Under the pieces are notes generated by a model. That model was not told where the DNA came from. It saw nothing but the letters and a program-made list of their open reading frames with translations, and did no database searches. The translations under genes and the position numbers were made by a program. From the NCBI GenBank assembly GCA_013289045.1, contig JABDAU010000002.1, positions 28,493 through 92,492 on the forward strand: a DNA stretch of 64,000 nt, in the 5' to 3' direction. Origin of the DNA: Bacteroidota bacterium (GTDB lineage: Bacteria; Bacteroidota; Bacteroidia; Sphingobacteriales; Sphingobacteriaceae). Shown one piece after another: positions 39,922 through 50,754 of this stretch (positions are counted from its first letter, which is position 1; each line of letters starts with the position of its first letter).

Positions 39922-40866
39922 ATGAACGCAATAAAAGAAACACATTTCAATTTCCCGGGGCAAACGGGGTTTTATAAAGGCAAAGTACGCGACGTTTATA
40001 CCATTGGCAACAAATACCTGGCGATGGTGGTTACCGACCGGATCTCTGCATTTGATGTGGTGCTGCCGGAACCTATTCCTTACAAAGGGCAAGTGTTGAA
40101 CCAGATAGCAGCCGGATTTTTAAAAGCCACTGCCGATATCGTGCCTAACTGGGTAGTTTCTGTGCCCGATCCGAGTGTTACCATTGGTCGTATTTGCGAG
40201 CCTTTTAAAGTGGAGATGGTGATCCGCGGTTATATGGCAGGGCATGCAGCGCGTGAGTATGCGGCCGGCAGGCGCCAGATCTGCGGTGTAAGCGTACCGG
40301 ATGGATTAAAGGAAAATGATAAGCTCCCGGAGCCGATCATTACGCCGACAACCAAGGCAGCGGTAGGGCATGATGAAGACATTTCGCGCGAGCAGATATT
40401 GGAAAAAGGGATTGTGAGCGAGGAGGATTATGTGCAACTGGAAAAATATACCCGTGCATTATACCAGCGTGGTACTGAAATAGCTGCTGTGCGCGGCTTG
40501 ATACTGGTTGATACCAAATATGAATTTGGCAAAGCCGAGGGCAAGATCTACCTGATTGACGAGATCCACACGCCGGATTCATCCCGTTATTTTTATGCGG
40601 AAGGCTATGCAGAACGCCAGGCAAAAGGCGAACAGCAAAAGCAACTTTCAAAGGAGTTTGTGAGGAGATGGCTGATAGAGAATGGTTTCCAGGGAAAAGA
40701 CGGGCAGGTAGTGCCGGAAATGACGCCGGAGATAGTGCAGTCTATATCAGACCGCTACATCGAATTATATGAGAACATTACGGGCGAAACATTTGTTAAA
40801 TCTGACGAGAAAGATGTTTTAAAGCGTGTTGAAGTTGCAATTAATGCTGCTTTGGCTGCATTATGA
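39922..40866 (+). CDS. purC: SAICAR synthase
   Basis: [32 protein letters not shown]. Confidence 0.97.
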   Translation: MNAIKETHFNFPGQTGFYKGKVRDVYTIGNKYLAMVVTDRISAFDVVLPEPIPYKGQVLNQIAAGFLKATADIVPNWVVSVPDPSVTIGRICEPFKVEMVIRGYMAGHAAREYAAGRRQICGVSVPDGLKENDKLPEPIITPTTKAAVGHDEDISREQILEKGIVSEEDYVQLEKYTRALYQRGTEIAAVRGLILVDTKYEFGKAEGKIYLIDEIHTPDSSRYFYAEGYAERQAKGEQQKQLSKEFVRRWLIENGFQGKDGQVVPEMTPEIVQSISDRYIELYENITGETFVKSDEKDVLKRVEVAINAALAAL

Positions 40867-40913
40867 TTTGATTTGTAAATAAAGTTATATCTTAGCTAAA
40901 TATTTTTGAGGAA

Positions 40914-41291
40914 ATGAAATTTACGGTTGATAAACACGAGAAGTATATTTTAGTGAAGCTGAATGAATCAAAGCTAAATTCATTGGTTACCCCGCAGCTG
41001 AAATCTGAACTGATCATGATGAATACCGAAGGCCAGCGCAACATTGTGCTTGACCTTGCACAGGTAAAGTTTGCCGATTCATCGGGCTTGAGCAGCTTAT
41101 TGGTTGGTCACCGTTTATGTAAAAATGCCGGTGGTGTTTTTATTTTGGCTGGTTTGTGCGATTCGGTTTCACGCCTCATCAACATATCGCAACTGGATAA
41201 CGTTCTTTCCATCGTTCCTTCAACAGAAGAGGCTATAGACCTGATCTTTATGGAGGAAATAGAAAAAGAATTAAAAAAAGAAGCAAAATAG
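40914..41291 (+). CDS. STAS domain protein (anti-sigma factor antagonist)
   Basis: VLDLAQVKFADSSGL. Confidence 0.92.
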   Translation: MKFTVDKHEKYILVKLNESKLNSLVTPQLKSELIMMNTEGQRNIVLDLAQVKFADSSGLSSLLVGHRLCKNAGGVFILAGLCDSVSRLINISQLDNVLSIVPSTEEAIDLIFMEEIEKELKKEAK

Positions 41292-41312
41292 CTTTATGAT
41301 TGTTGTTTACCC

Positions 41313-42227
41313 ATGAGATTTGAGGTAACAATACTTGGCAGCAGCTCCGCTACGCCAATTTACAACCGAAACCCGAGCTCACAAGCACTTAACATCAACG
41401 ATCGTTTATACCTGATCGATTGCGGCGAAGGCACGCAACAACAGATGCTGCGCTTTGGTGTAAAGGCAAGCCGTATCGATAATATTTTCATCAGCCATTT
41501 GCATGGCGATCATTACCTGGGTCTTGTAGGTTTACTTTCATCGCTTCACCTCAACGGGCGTAAAAAAACATTGAACTTGTTTGGCCCTGCTTCGCTAAAA
41601 GAGATCATTGAGATACAATTAAAATATTCGGAAACCGACCTTCAATATAACATCAATTACGTTTTTACCGATCCGGAGAAACCGGTAGTGATCTTTGAAA
41701 ACCAGGATATCACGGTGGAAACAATTCCTTTAGAACATCGCATACCTACAACCGGTTTTCTTTTCAAACAGAAAAAGCGTAACCGTAAGTTGATAAAAGA
41801 AAAGATTGACGAACTGAATATACCGATAGAATATTTCACCGCTATAAAAAAAGGTAACGATTATACCACGAATGATGGCACGGTTTATAAAAACGATGTG
41901 TTAACCACTGCGCCCGAAGCTCCTAAAAGCTACGCTTACTGCTCGGACACGATTTATACCGAACAGTATTTCAAGCAGATCAGTAATGTGGATCTGTTAT
42001 ATCATGAATCTACTTTTTTGAATGATATGCTGGACAGGGCACAAACTACTTTTCATACTACAGCATTGCAAGCCGGCCAGGTAGCATTACAAACAGGTGC
42101 TAAGAAGCTCGCATTAGGGCATTTCTCCGCACGTTATAAAACTTTGGATGATATCCTTGCCGAAGCGCAAAGTGTTTTCCCTGATAGTGAATTGGCTATT
42201 GAGGGGAAGACGTTTGTGATTGAATAG
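41313..42227 (+). CDS. rnz: Ribonuclease Z
   Basis: DCGEGTQ, HLHGDH, HEST, GHFSARY. Confidence 0.96.
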   Translation: MRFEVTILGSSSATPIYNRNPSSQALNINDRLYLIDCGEGTQQQMLRFGVKASRIDNIFISHLHGDHYLGLVGLLSSLHLNGRKKTLNLFGPASLKEIIEIQLKYSETDLQYNINYVFTDPEKPVVIFENQDITVETIPLEHRIPTTGFLFKQKKRNRKLIKEKIDELNIPIEYFTAIKKGNDYTTNDGTVYKNDVLTTAPEAPKSYAYCSDTIYTEQYFKQISNVDLLYHESTFLNDMLDRAQTTFHTTALQAGQVALQTGAKKLALGHFSARYKTLDDILAEAQSVFPDSELAIEGKTFVIE

Positions 42228-42303
42228 ACCATAGTCCATGGACGATAGACCATAGCAAGAACGTAATTATAGCTATCGACCATGGACAATGGTCTATCGA
42301 CTA
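42225..42303. repeat. Inverted pair of (ATAGWCC/ATGGAC)-type heptamer arrays between convergent genes
   Basis: TAGACCATAGTCCATGGACGATAGACCATAG ... CTATCGACCATGGACAATGGTCTATCGACTA. Confidence 0.7.
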
Positions 42304-42305
42304 AA

Positions 42306-43253
42306 TTAATCCTTCTTCTTACCCCCAAATACCGAGAAGCTCACATATCTGCCTGGGTGTGCTTTCAGATCGATAAATAAAGCATTCAGATTAGCCGTAG
42401 CATCAGCAAGATTTTTATAGACGGTTTTATCGTTGATGAGCATGCCTAATGAGCCATTACCGCTGTTTATCTTATCAACAGTAGCCTGTAAGCCTGCTAC
42501 GGCCTGGTTGGCGTTATCAAGCGTTTGTTTGATGTTAGCGTTGGCAAGGTCATTACTTACTTTTTCAAAATTAGTTGCTATCCCGTTAAGGTGGGCAGTG
42601 CTTACTTTCAGGTTACCCGATACGTCTTCTGCGTTGGTCATGATGCCGTTGATGTGCTCACTTTGTGAACCTACCAGTGCATCTATCTTTTTTGTTGTGC
42701 CTTCCAATGTTTCAAGTGAGTTGGCTATGCTGCTAAAGCTCCTGTCCACATTTCTTTGAAAATTGGGGTTCATGATCTTGTTGATCGCCGCCAGTGACGA
42801 ATCCAGCTTGGTGATCAGGTGCTCGGCCTTGGTTTGGATAGGCTGAAGGCTTTCCGCAAGGCTGCCCTGTATGTCCGCCTGTAAAGTATCCTTGCTTTGC
42901 GCCAGCACTTTACTGTTACCATACTCAAAACGAATGGCCTTGCCGCCCAGCAGATCGGTACTTACCAGTTTTGCATTGGTGTTTGAAGGCACATTATATT
43001 GATGGTTAATAGTAAACTCAACTACAGTGCGTCCGTCAGGACGCAATTTCATGTCGGAAACACGTCCGATCTGGAAACCATTCACCAATACAGGTTTTGA
43101 AACCGTAAGGCCGTCGACGCTATTATAAATAGCATAAAATTTATTCTCGCGGGAGAAAAGGTCGCTTCCGCTTAAAAAGCTGTAGCCTAATATTAATACT
43201 GCTATCCCTACAGCCGTTAAAATGCCGACTTTGGTTTCGTTTGATATTTTCAT
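42306..43253 (-). CDS. MlaD/MCE family protein
   Basis: ETKVG+TM, GLTVSKPVLVNGFQIGRV MCE motif, GSLGMLIND helical tail. Confidence 0.93.
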   Translation of the reverse strand: MKISNETKVGILTAVGIAVLILGYSFLSGSDLFSRENKFYAIYNSVDGLTVSKPVLVNGFQIGRVSDMKLRPDGRTVVEFTINHQYNVPSNTNAKLVSTDLLGGKAIRFEYGNSKVLAQSKDTLQADIQGSLAESLQPIQTKAEHLITKLDSSLAAINKIMNPNFQRNVDRSFSSIANSLETLEGTTKKIDALVGSQSEHINGIMTNAEDVSGNLKVSTAHLNGIATNFEKVSNDLANANIKQTLDNANQAVAGLQATVDKINSGNGSLGMLINDKTVYKNLADATANLNALFIDLKAHPGRYVSFSVFGGKKKD

Positions 43254-43406
43254 AGAGTAAGATATGGGATGTAATGCATGAGATACGGATCAATCCACCT
43301 TCCCATAACTATAACACGCCCTGTGTTGTTTGTTTTTTTATTTAAGCCAGGTGTGGGCTCATTTCTCCACATATCCCATCCGCACACTCCCACATCAGTA
43401 ACCCGT

Positions 43407-44288
43407 TTATTCCGAAGCATCCTCTACTTCGGTCTTGTAGTTTTCTATAGCGCGTATAATTGATGCTACTATCTCATCCTGTCCACTGTCCGAATTCAAA
43501 TAAGCTTCATCATCCGGATTATTGATAAACCCTGTTTCAACCAGAACTGCCGGCATAGCTACATGGCAAAGCACCAGAACGCCTTGCTCGATCACACCAT
43601 CACTGTGCCTGCCATCATGCTGCACAAATTCGTCGTTGATCAGGTCGGCCAAATGTATGCTTTGTTTGCGATATTTGTCTTTGATTGAATTCATAGCGAT
43701 TACCGCTGCCGGGTCGTTAGGGTCAAAGCCCTGGTTATCGTTCTGGCCCAAATCTTCACCCAATATATTTTGCTTTATTGCATTTTCTTCTTCTCTTGTG
43801 CGGTGGAAACCATAAACAAGCAGCAACACGCCTTTGCCTGAGCGGTCGGGTACATGTATGCGCCTGCCGTGTTCATGTACCACCTTGTCGGGCAATGAAT
43901 TACAATGGATCGAGATAAAAAGGTCGCCATTGTTCTCATTGGCAATCTGCGCACGTTTTTCCCATGCAACATCGTCATCCGTGCTGCGGGTTAAAACACA
44001 ACGCACATTCTGCATACTTTTTTCTATTTCCTTCTGCAATTTAAGTGCGATAGCCAGCGTTACATTTCTTTCAAAAGAATAAGACCCTGAAGCACCATGC
44101 GAAAAATGACCAACTGTACCCGACGGAGCGCCACCATGGCCCGCATCCACGATTATAGTTTTAATTCTATAGCCGGATGGGGAGGAGTCTCTTCTTGCGG
44201 AATCAACTGATGGAGAAGAAAATACGGAAAATGAGATCAGAAGCGGGGTTAAACTGCAAATCAATCTTCTCAATATTTTATTTTTCAT
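43407..44288 (-). CDS. N-acetylmuramoyl-L-alanine amidase (Amidase_3)
   Basis: VDAGHGG, FISIHCN, PAVLVETGF. Confidence 0.95.
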   Translation of the reverse strand: MKNKILRRLICSLTPLLISFSVFSSPSVDSARRDSSPSGYRIKTIIVDAGHGGAPSGTVGHFSHGASGSYSFERNVTLAIALKLQKEIEKSMQNVRCVLTRSTDDDVAWEKRAQIANENNGDLFISIHCNSLPDKVVHEHGRRIHVPDRSGKGVLLLVYGFHRTREEENAIKQNILGEDLGQNDNQGFDPNDPAAVIAMNSIKDKYRKQSIHLADLINDEFVQHDGRHSDGVIEQGVLVLCHVAMPAVLVETGFINNPDDEAYLNSDSGQDEIVASIIRAIENYKTEVEDASE

Positions 44289-44317
44289 TATGTTTGAACG
44301 CTGATAAATACTGTTAA

Positions 44318-47161
44318 TTGTATCTGCAAAAATACTATTCGAAATCGATTTTGAAATCCATTGGCCTGTTTTTTCTGCTTGAATTATTTCTGACAGTAAA
44401 TGTTATGGCTGCTTATAAAAATAGCAAAAATAACAATACACGGCCACTTGTTGATACGATCATCAAACTTGATTCAGTCCGGGATAAAAAACTTCTGAGA
44501 ATAAAAACGCCAGCCAGGACAAATCAGCCCGGAAACGTACAGTTTAATGGTGCGGATACTGTTATAAAACTTGATTCGGCCGGGAATAAAATAAAGAAAC
44601 CTGCTACCGCATCTGCCAAAAAAGATACGACAAAAAAAGGCAACTCAAACGAACTCTCTTCCGAAGTAAAAGCCACTGCTAACGACTCGACAATTTTTGA
44701 TAAAGTGCACGATATTATGTACTTATACGGACAGGCGCGTGTAACGTACGAGGATGTGGAGATGGATGCCGACTACATCCGGGTAGACAAACGTAAGCAT
44801 GTGATATTTGCCAGCGGCAGAATAGACCCGCTAACGCACCGCTACATTGGGCGGCCGATAACAAAGCAATCAAAAGACAAGCCGGTGGAGTGCGACTCGC
44901 TGTTGTTTGATTATAAAACTAAAAAAGGTAAGATCTATAACCCGGCATCACAGCAGGATGGTAATTATATATCGGGCGGGCAGGTGAAAAAACTGAATGA
45001 TGATGAGGCGGCATACCGCAACGTGTTGTTCAGTACCTGTAGCAAGCCTTTCCCTGAAACAGACTTTGGTATTGTGATAACAAAGGGCATCGGTGAGAAA
45101 AAACGCATCATTTCGGGGCCTGCTTATTTGGAAATTGAGGGTGTGCCATTACCGCTGGCCATCCCTTTTGGTTTCTTCCCTAAGCCCGATACCAAAACAT
45201 CAGGTGTAATATTGCCGACTTTTGGCGAGGATTCAAAGCTTGGATTTTATATTAAAGGCCTGGGATATTATATAGCATTGAATGACTATATGGACCTGAC
45301 TACTACCGGTACGCTTTATTCAAAAGGATCGTACGAGTTAAATGAGACGATACATTACCTGGACAGGTATAAATATTCGGGTACGCTTTCGTTAAGCTAT
45401 GGCTCACATAATTACGGCCTTGAAGGCGATCCGCCGCAAAAAGACTTTAACATTACCTGGTCGCATACGCAAAATCCTAATTCAAGCCCCGGAAGTACGT
45501 TCAGTGCATCGGTAAATGCCGGTACATCATCATTTTACCAGAACAATCCGGCTTCGGCAAGCTATAGCCTGCAAACACTTACTCAAAATAACTTAAGCTC
45601 CAGCATTTCATACGGCAAAGTATGGGAAGGAACGCCATTTAACTTAACCGTGAGCTTGGCGCATAGCCAGGACCTTACCAATAAAACCGTAACGCTGAAT
45701 TTGCCTACGTTTAACTTCAACATGTCTACTATCAGCCCGTTCGATTCGAAAGACAGGGTCGGACCGCAAAAATGGTATCAGAAAATTACCGTTGGGTATA
45801 GCTTGCAGGGCACCAATAATATTAATGCTGTTCCGGAGGATGAACTGTTTAAAGGCAGCACGTTGTTTAAACGGATGCAAAATGGTTTGGAGCACACTAT
45901 TCCTATCGGCTTTAATCAAACCATTGCCAAATACTTTCAGTTTTCGGCCAGCGCCAATTACAATGAGTGGTGGTATTTTCAGCACATTCATGAATCGTAC
46001 AATCGTGATAACCCTCTCGGCCCTGATGTGCCACAGATTGACACCCTTGGTGGTTTTAAAAGGGCTGGGGCATACAGCCTGAGCGCAGGCATGTCGACAA
46101 AAGTTTATGGTACCATGGCATTTAAAAACGGTAGTTTAGAGGCCATAAGGGAGGTGATGACGCCATCCATATCTTTACAATACAAGCCCGATTTTTCTGA
46201 CCCCGGCTTTGGATACTATCAAAATATTGTAAGTAATGCTACGATACCTTACCCTGTAAATGCTTCGGTTTACTCTATATTTCAGAATTCGGTTTATGGT
46301 GGCCCCTCGGCGGGTAAACAAGCCGGATTGAGTTTTAGTATTGATAATACCATAGAAGGAAAAGTACGGCCAAAAGCTACCGACACCTCTACACAGTCCA
46401 AGCACATAAAGATCCTTGACGGGTTAAGCTTTTCAACTTTCTATAACTTCGCTGCAGATTCATTTAAGCTATCACCGGTCACCTTTTCTGGTCACACGGC
46501 AATCCTTCATCAAAAAATTAATATCAGTTTCAGCGGTACGCTCAATCCTTATGTAGAACATGTAACCGACTCCATATCCGCCGGAAAAATTACGCCGGTT
46601 GTGCACGAACTGAATAAATTTACCTGGCAAAATGGTGCGTTCCCCAGCCTGCAGCAATTTTCACTTTCTATGAGCGGCAGTTTGAACTCACAAACTTTCA
46701 ATAAGCAGCAGAATACGCAGAACAGAAACCCGAACAATACCATGCAAAATATGACGCCAGAGCAGGAGCAGAAACTGGCGTTGTTAAATACTGACCCATC
46801 GGCGTATGTTGATTTTAATATTCCATGGGATATTTCTTTCAATTATAGCTTTACCTATAATAACAATTACACCAGCACGGTCACAACCAATACCATGATG
46901 ATCAGCGGCGATCTCAGGTTAACGCCTAAATGGATCATTCAATACTCAACCAACTATGACCTTAAGGCGCACGGATTTAGCAGCGCTACTTCATTTTCTA
47001 TATACCGCGACCTGCATTGCTGGGACCTTTCTATACAATGGCTGCCATTTGGTTATTATAAATCGTACAACGTAACGCTCCGGGTAAAATCAACTATTTT
47101 ACAGGATTTAAAGCTGAGCAAGCGTAGCGATTACACAAGTAATGCGTATTTTGGCCAGTAA
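44318..47161 (+). CDS. lptD: Putative LPS-assembly outer-membrane protein LptD (start uncertain)
   Basis: OstA-like N-domain, PLAIPFGFFP, YRDLHCW C-terminal barrel motif. Confidence 0.88.
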   Translation: MYLQKYYSKSILKSIGLFFLLELFLTVNVMAAYKNSKNNNTRPLVDTIIKLDSVRDKKLLRIKTPARTNQPGNVQFNGADTVIKLDSAGNKIKKPATASAKKDTTKKGNSNELSSEVKATANDSTIFDKVHDIMYLYGQARVTYEDVEMDADYIRVDKRKHVIFASGRIDPLTHRYIGRPITKQSKDKPVECDSLLFDYKTKKGKIYNPASQQDGNYISGGQVKKLNDDEAAYRNVLFSTCSKPFPETDFGIVITKGIGEKKRIISGPAYLEIEGVPLPLAIPFGFFPKPDTKTSGVILPTFGEDSKLGFYIKGLGYYIALNDYMDLTTTGTLYSKGSYELNETIHYLDRYKYSGTLSLSYGSHNYGLEGDPPQKDFNITWSHTQNPNSSPGSTFSASVNAGTSSFYQNNPASASYSLQTLTQNNLSSSISYGKVWEGTPFNLTVSLAHSQDLTNKTVTLNLPTFNFNMSTISPFDSKDRVGPQKWYQKITVGYSLQGTNNINAVPEDELFKGSTLFKRMQNGLEHTIPIGFNQTIAKYFQFSASANYNEWWYFQHIHESYNRDNPLGPDVPQIDTLGGFKRAGAYSLSAGMSTKVYGTMAFKNGSLEAIREVMTPSISLQYKPDFSDPGFGYYQNIVSNATIPYPVNASVYSIFQNSVYGGPSAGKQAGLSFSIDNTIEGKVRPKATDTSTQSKHIKILDGLSFSTFYNFAADSFKLSPVTFSGHTAILHQKINISFSGTLNPYVEHVTDSISAGKITPVVHELNKFTWQNGAFPSLQQFSLSMSGSLNSQTFNKQQNTQNRNPNNTMQNMTPEQEQKLALLNTDPSAYVDFNIPWDISFNYSFTYNNNYTSTVTTNTMMISGDLRLTPKWIIQYSTNYDLKAHGFSSATSFSIYRDLHCWDLSIQWLPFGYYKSYNVTLRVKSTILQDLKLSKRSDYTSNAYFGQ

Positions 47162-47163
47162 TT

Positions 47164-48420
47164 ATGCTTGCAGAAATTATTACTATTGGCGATGAGATCC
47201 TCATCGGCCAGATCGTTGATACCAACTCCGCTTTTATTGCACAGCAGCTCAATGCAATAGGCATCCGTGTAAAACAGATCTCATCTGTATCTGATGATAA
47301 GGGACATATCCTTACCGCTTTGGCTGAGGCTAAAAACCGGGCGGATGTGATCCTGATCACCGGTGGATTAGGCCCTACAAAGGATGATATCACCAAGAAA
47401 ACCTTAGCTGAATATTTTGATGTAGGATTAATTGAAAATAAAGATGCCTTAGCCAATGTAGAGGCGATATTTTTACGCCTGCGCGGAACGCTCACTAACA
47501 TGCTGGATGTAAACAAACAACAAGCATTGGTGCCTGAGAATTGTGAGGTGATACTGAATAAGAATGGCACTGCGCCGGGTATGTGGTTCAATGTGGATGG
47601 TAAGATCTATATGTCGATGCCGGGCGTGCCGCACGAGATGATGTATATGATGGAGGATAGCGTTATCCCAAAACTAAAAGCTACCTTAAAGCTGCCGGTC
47701 ATCATTCACAAAACCATACTAACCGCTGGTGAAGGGGAGTCCTATCTTGCCCAAAAAATAGAGGATATAGAAGATTCATTGCCATCCCATATCAAACTTG
47801 CTTACTTACCAAAACTGGGGCAGGTACGTTTGCGCCTGAGCGGATATGGTGAGGACGCAATCACGCTAAAACAGGAAATTGATACATTCGCAGCCCGGAT
47901 TGTGGAGCGTGTAGGCAACGCAGTGATCGCTCAGGAAGATATCCCGCTGGAGAAAGCTATATTGAATAAAATGGGAGCTAACGGTCTTACGCTTTCTGTA
48001 GCCGAAAGCTGTACAGGCGGATATATCTCGCATCTGTTTACCCAGCACCCGGGAGCTTCAAAGGTATTTCTGGGTGGCGGCGTTACCTACGCAAATGAAT
48101 TAAAGGAAGAATTGCTTGGCGTGAAATCGGCTACCATATCACAATATGGCGCTGTAAGCGGCGAGACCGTTACCGAGATGGTAGAAGGCGCCGTTAAGCA
48201 CTTCAAATCTGATTATGCTATTGCCGTAACAGGCATTGCCGGCCCCGATGGCGGTACCGAAGATAAGCCTGTAGGAACGGTATGGATCGGGGTGTCAAAC
48301 GGCGGAAAAACGCAAATAAAGAAATTCACATTCGGCAATAAGCGTGTGCAAAACATCGAAAGAAGCGCTATTTCAGCACTTTCCATGTTGAATACTTTAC
48401 TTGGGGAAAACATAAAATAG
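47164..48420 (+). CDS. cinA: Competence/damage-inducible protein A (MoCF + PncC)
   Basis: IGDEILIGQIVDTN, GGLGPTKDD, AESCTGG, TGIAGP. Confidence 0.95.
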   Translation: MLAEIITIGDEILIGQIVDTNSAFIAQQLNAIGIRVKQISSVSDDKGHILTALAEAKNRADVILITGGLGPTKDDITKKTLAEYFDVGLIENKDALANVEAIFLRLRGTLTNMLDVNKQQALVPENCEVILNKNGTAPGMWFNVDGKIYMSMPGVPHEMMYMMEDSVIPKLKATLKLPVIIHKTILTAGEGESYLAQKIEDIEDSLPSHIKLAYLPKLGQVRLRLSGYGEDAITLKQEIDTFAARIVERVGNAVIAQEDIPLEKAILNKMGANGLTLSVAESCTGGYISHLFTQHPGASKVFLGGGVTYANELKEELLGVKSATISQYGAVSGETVTEMVEGAVKHFKSDYAIAVTGIAGPDGGTEDKPVGTVWIGVSNGGKTQIKKFTFGNKRVQNIERSAISALSMLNTLLGENIK

Positions 48421-48467
48421 AAATTGTTATAATTATTTTTGACCAAGACTAACTATACAATTTTTAT

Positions 48468-50030
48468 ATGGCCAAATATCAACTGTTATTGCCAAAGATG
48501 GGGGAAAGTGTTGCAGAGGCAACCATCATTAAATGGTTAAAAAAACCAGGTGATTTTGTGCAGGCAGATGAAGCTGTATTAGAAATAGCAACCGATAAGG
48601 TTGATTCGGAAGTGCCATCGCCTGTTTCAGGCCGTCTTTCCGAGCAGCTTTGCAAGGTAGATGATATTGTGCAGGTAGGCGCGGTTATAGCAACACTGGA
48701 GACTGCCGATGCATCTCAGCCTGCTACTCCGCCAATGCCACAGCCCGCACCGGCTCCCATTCAACAGCCTGTGGCTGCGCCAACTCCACCGGTGGTACAA
48801 ACGCCTCTTCCTGCACCTGAACCGCCAAAACCGGTTATACCTGAGGTTAAAGCGCCGGAACCCGTATATACGCCACCACCGATACCTGGTACGGAATTAT
48901 TGAGAGATACTCCAAAACCGCAGCCGGTTGTAAGTGACAGCGTAAGATTTTATTCGCCATTGGTACGCAGCATTGCCGCCCAGGAAGGTATCGGCGCTTC
49001 TGAACTCGATAAAATACAAGGTACAGGCGCTGATGGCCGTTTGACCAAAGACGACCTGTTATATTATATACGCAATAAGCAAAACGGGAGGGCAACAGAA
49101 AGTGTTGTGGAAACACCGCCTGCAGCACCGGCATACGCTGAAACTCCGGCCCCGGCAGCAGTTTCGGAACCGGCATTTACATCGCCTGCATCTTCAGAGG
49201 AGCCCATATTTACACCTTCTACGCCAAAACCCACCCCGGCAGCAGAGCCGCAGCCTGAACAAAAGGCCCCGCAAGCTCCTGCTGCACCAAAACCATCATC
49301 TAATGGTACATCAGTATCAGGCGGTGACGAGATCATAGAGATGGACCGCATGCGCAAGCTCATCGCCGAACATATGGTTTACAGCAAGCATACATCGCCG
49401 CACGTTACATCGTTTGTTGAGGCAGATGTGACCAACCTGGTGCTGTGGCGCGAAAGAATAAAAGGTAGCTTTGAGAAACGCGAAGGCGAGAAGATCACAT
49501 TCACCCCAATATTTGTTGAAGCTGTTGTGAAAGCGCTGAAAGATTACCCGATGGTGAATGTATCAGTTAATGGTACGCAGATCACTAAAAAGAAGGATAT
49601 CAATATCAGCATGGCAACTGCATTGCCAAATGGTAACCTGATCGTTCCGGTAATTAAAAAAGCCGATGAATTGAACCTGGTTGGCTTATCCAAGGCAGTT
49701 AATGACCTTGCCAAACGCGCACGCGGCGGCAAGTTATTACCCGACGATGTTAGGGATGGTACGTTTACCATAACCAACGTCGGCTCGTTCGGGAATGTAA
49801 TGGGTACGCCGATCATCAATCAGCCACAAGTTGCAATTTTAGCTGTAGGTGCTATTAAAAAGAAACCAGCAGTTATTGAAACCAAAGAAGGAGATATGAT
49901 CGCTATTCGCCACATGATGTTCCTGTCGCTGTCATACGACCACAGGGTGGTTGACGGTGCGCTGGGTGGATCATTTGTACGCAGGGTTGCTGATTATTTA
50001 GAAAACTGGGACCCGGAAAGAGCGGTGTAA
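48468..50030 (+). CDS. Dihydrolipoamide acyltransferase E2 of a 2-oxoacid dehydrogenase complex
   Basis: Lipoyl ATDKV, E3-binding GTGADGRLTKDD, Pro/Ala linkers, DHRVVDG. Confidence 0.95.
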   Translation: MAKYQLLLPKMGESVAEATIIKWLKKPGDFVQADEAVLEIATDKVDSEVPSPVSGRLSEQLCKVDDIVQVGAVIATLETADASQPATPPMPQPAPAPIQQPVAAPTPPVVQTPLPAPEPPKPVIPEVKAPEPVYTPPPIPGTELLRDTPKPQPVVSDSVRFYSPLVRSIAAQEGIGASELDKIQGTGADGRLTKDDLLYYIRNKQNGRATESVVETPPAAPAYAETPAPAAVSEPAFTSPASSEEPIFTPSTPKPTPAAEPQPEQKAPQAPAAPKPSSNGTSVSGGDEIIEMDRMRKLIAEHMVYSKHTSPHVTSFVEADVTNLVLWRERIKGSFEKREGEKITFTPIFVEAVVKALKDYPMVNVSVNGTQITKKKDINISMATALPNGNLIVPVIKKADELNLVGLSKAVNDLAKRARGGKLLPDDVRDGTFTITNVGSFGNVMGTPIINQPQVAILAVGAIKKKPAVIETKEGDMIAIRHMMFLSLSYDHRVVDGALGGSFVRRVADYLENWDPERAV

Positions 50031-50069
50031 AAGAATGATGATTTGAGAATATTTTCATAAATTTGATAA

Positions 50070-50270
50070 ATGACAACGCTTACAATTGAATTGACCAGCG
50101 ATAAGGCGCTAAAATTACTTCAGGATCTGGAGGAATTACAAATCATCCGCGTTGTAAAAAAAACTTCCCAACTTTCTCAATTGCGTAAGCAGATCAAAAC
50201 AAAAATGTCTGGACCGGCAATCGATCAGCAGCTTAATCAACTACGTGAGGAATGGCAGAGAGATATTTGA
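50070..50270 (+). CDS. Putative VapB-like antitoxin
   Basis: 66 aa, ends QLREEW; overlaps the start of the downstream PIN gene. Confidence 0.75.
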   Translation: MTTLTIELTSDKALKLLQDLEELQIIRVVKKTSQLSQLRKQIKTKMSGPAIDQQLNQLREEWQRDI

Positions 50271-50653
50271 TAGATACTTCTGCCGTTATCAAATATTTGA
50301 ACGCAACATTCTCCGCCGATGCGTTGCAATGGTTGGACGAACTTATTGATCAAGAAAGCCTTATTTCTTTCATATCAGAGATTGAATTGTAGGTTTGGAA
50401 TCCTCTTGATCCGTAGGATTTGGAGATTTATCGACAGTTCGTTTCAAGTTCGTATGTATTTGGTATTGATGACAGGATAATTGCAGAAACAATACGAATT
50501 CGCAAACAATACCGCATTAAATTACCGGATGCGCTGATTACTGCCACTGTATTTGTTCATGATTTGACGCTTGTTGCGGATAACGATAAAGATTACCGCA
50601 AAATACCGGACTTGAAATATATTAATCCGACAAGACTTGACGAATTCGTCTAA
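50252..50653 (+). pseudogene. VapC/PIN toxin interrupted by two in-frame TAG codons
   Basis: MAERYLIDTSAVIKYL...ISEIEL*VWNPLDP*DLEIY...KLPDALITATV...DNDKDY; TAG at 50390 and 50414. Confidence 0.85.
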
Positions 50654-50702
50654 GATAACTTTATAAACATCCTGGAGGCTATCAACCCCAATAAATAAAC
50701 AT

Positions 50703-50729
50703 AAAAAAGGCTCCCTAAAGAGCCTTTTT
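50703..50729. terminator. Bidirectional intrinsic terminator
   Basis: AAAAAGGCTC...GAGCCTTTTT between convergent genes. Confidence 0.75.
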
Positions 50730-50754
50730 CTTTTTAGCAGTTAAAACTTCCTTA

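Noticed and set aside
48700-49330. Pro/Ala-rich low-complexity segments in E2 as an insertion or repeat element
   Set aside because: Normal flexible linkers of 2-oxoacid dehydrogenase E2 subunits.
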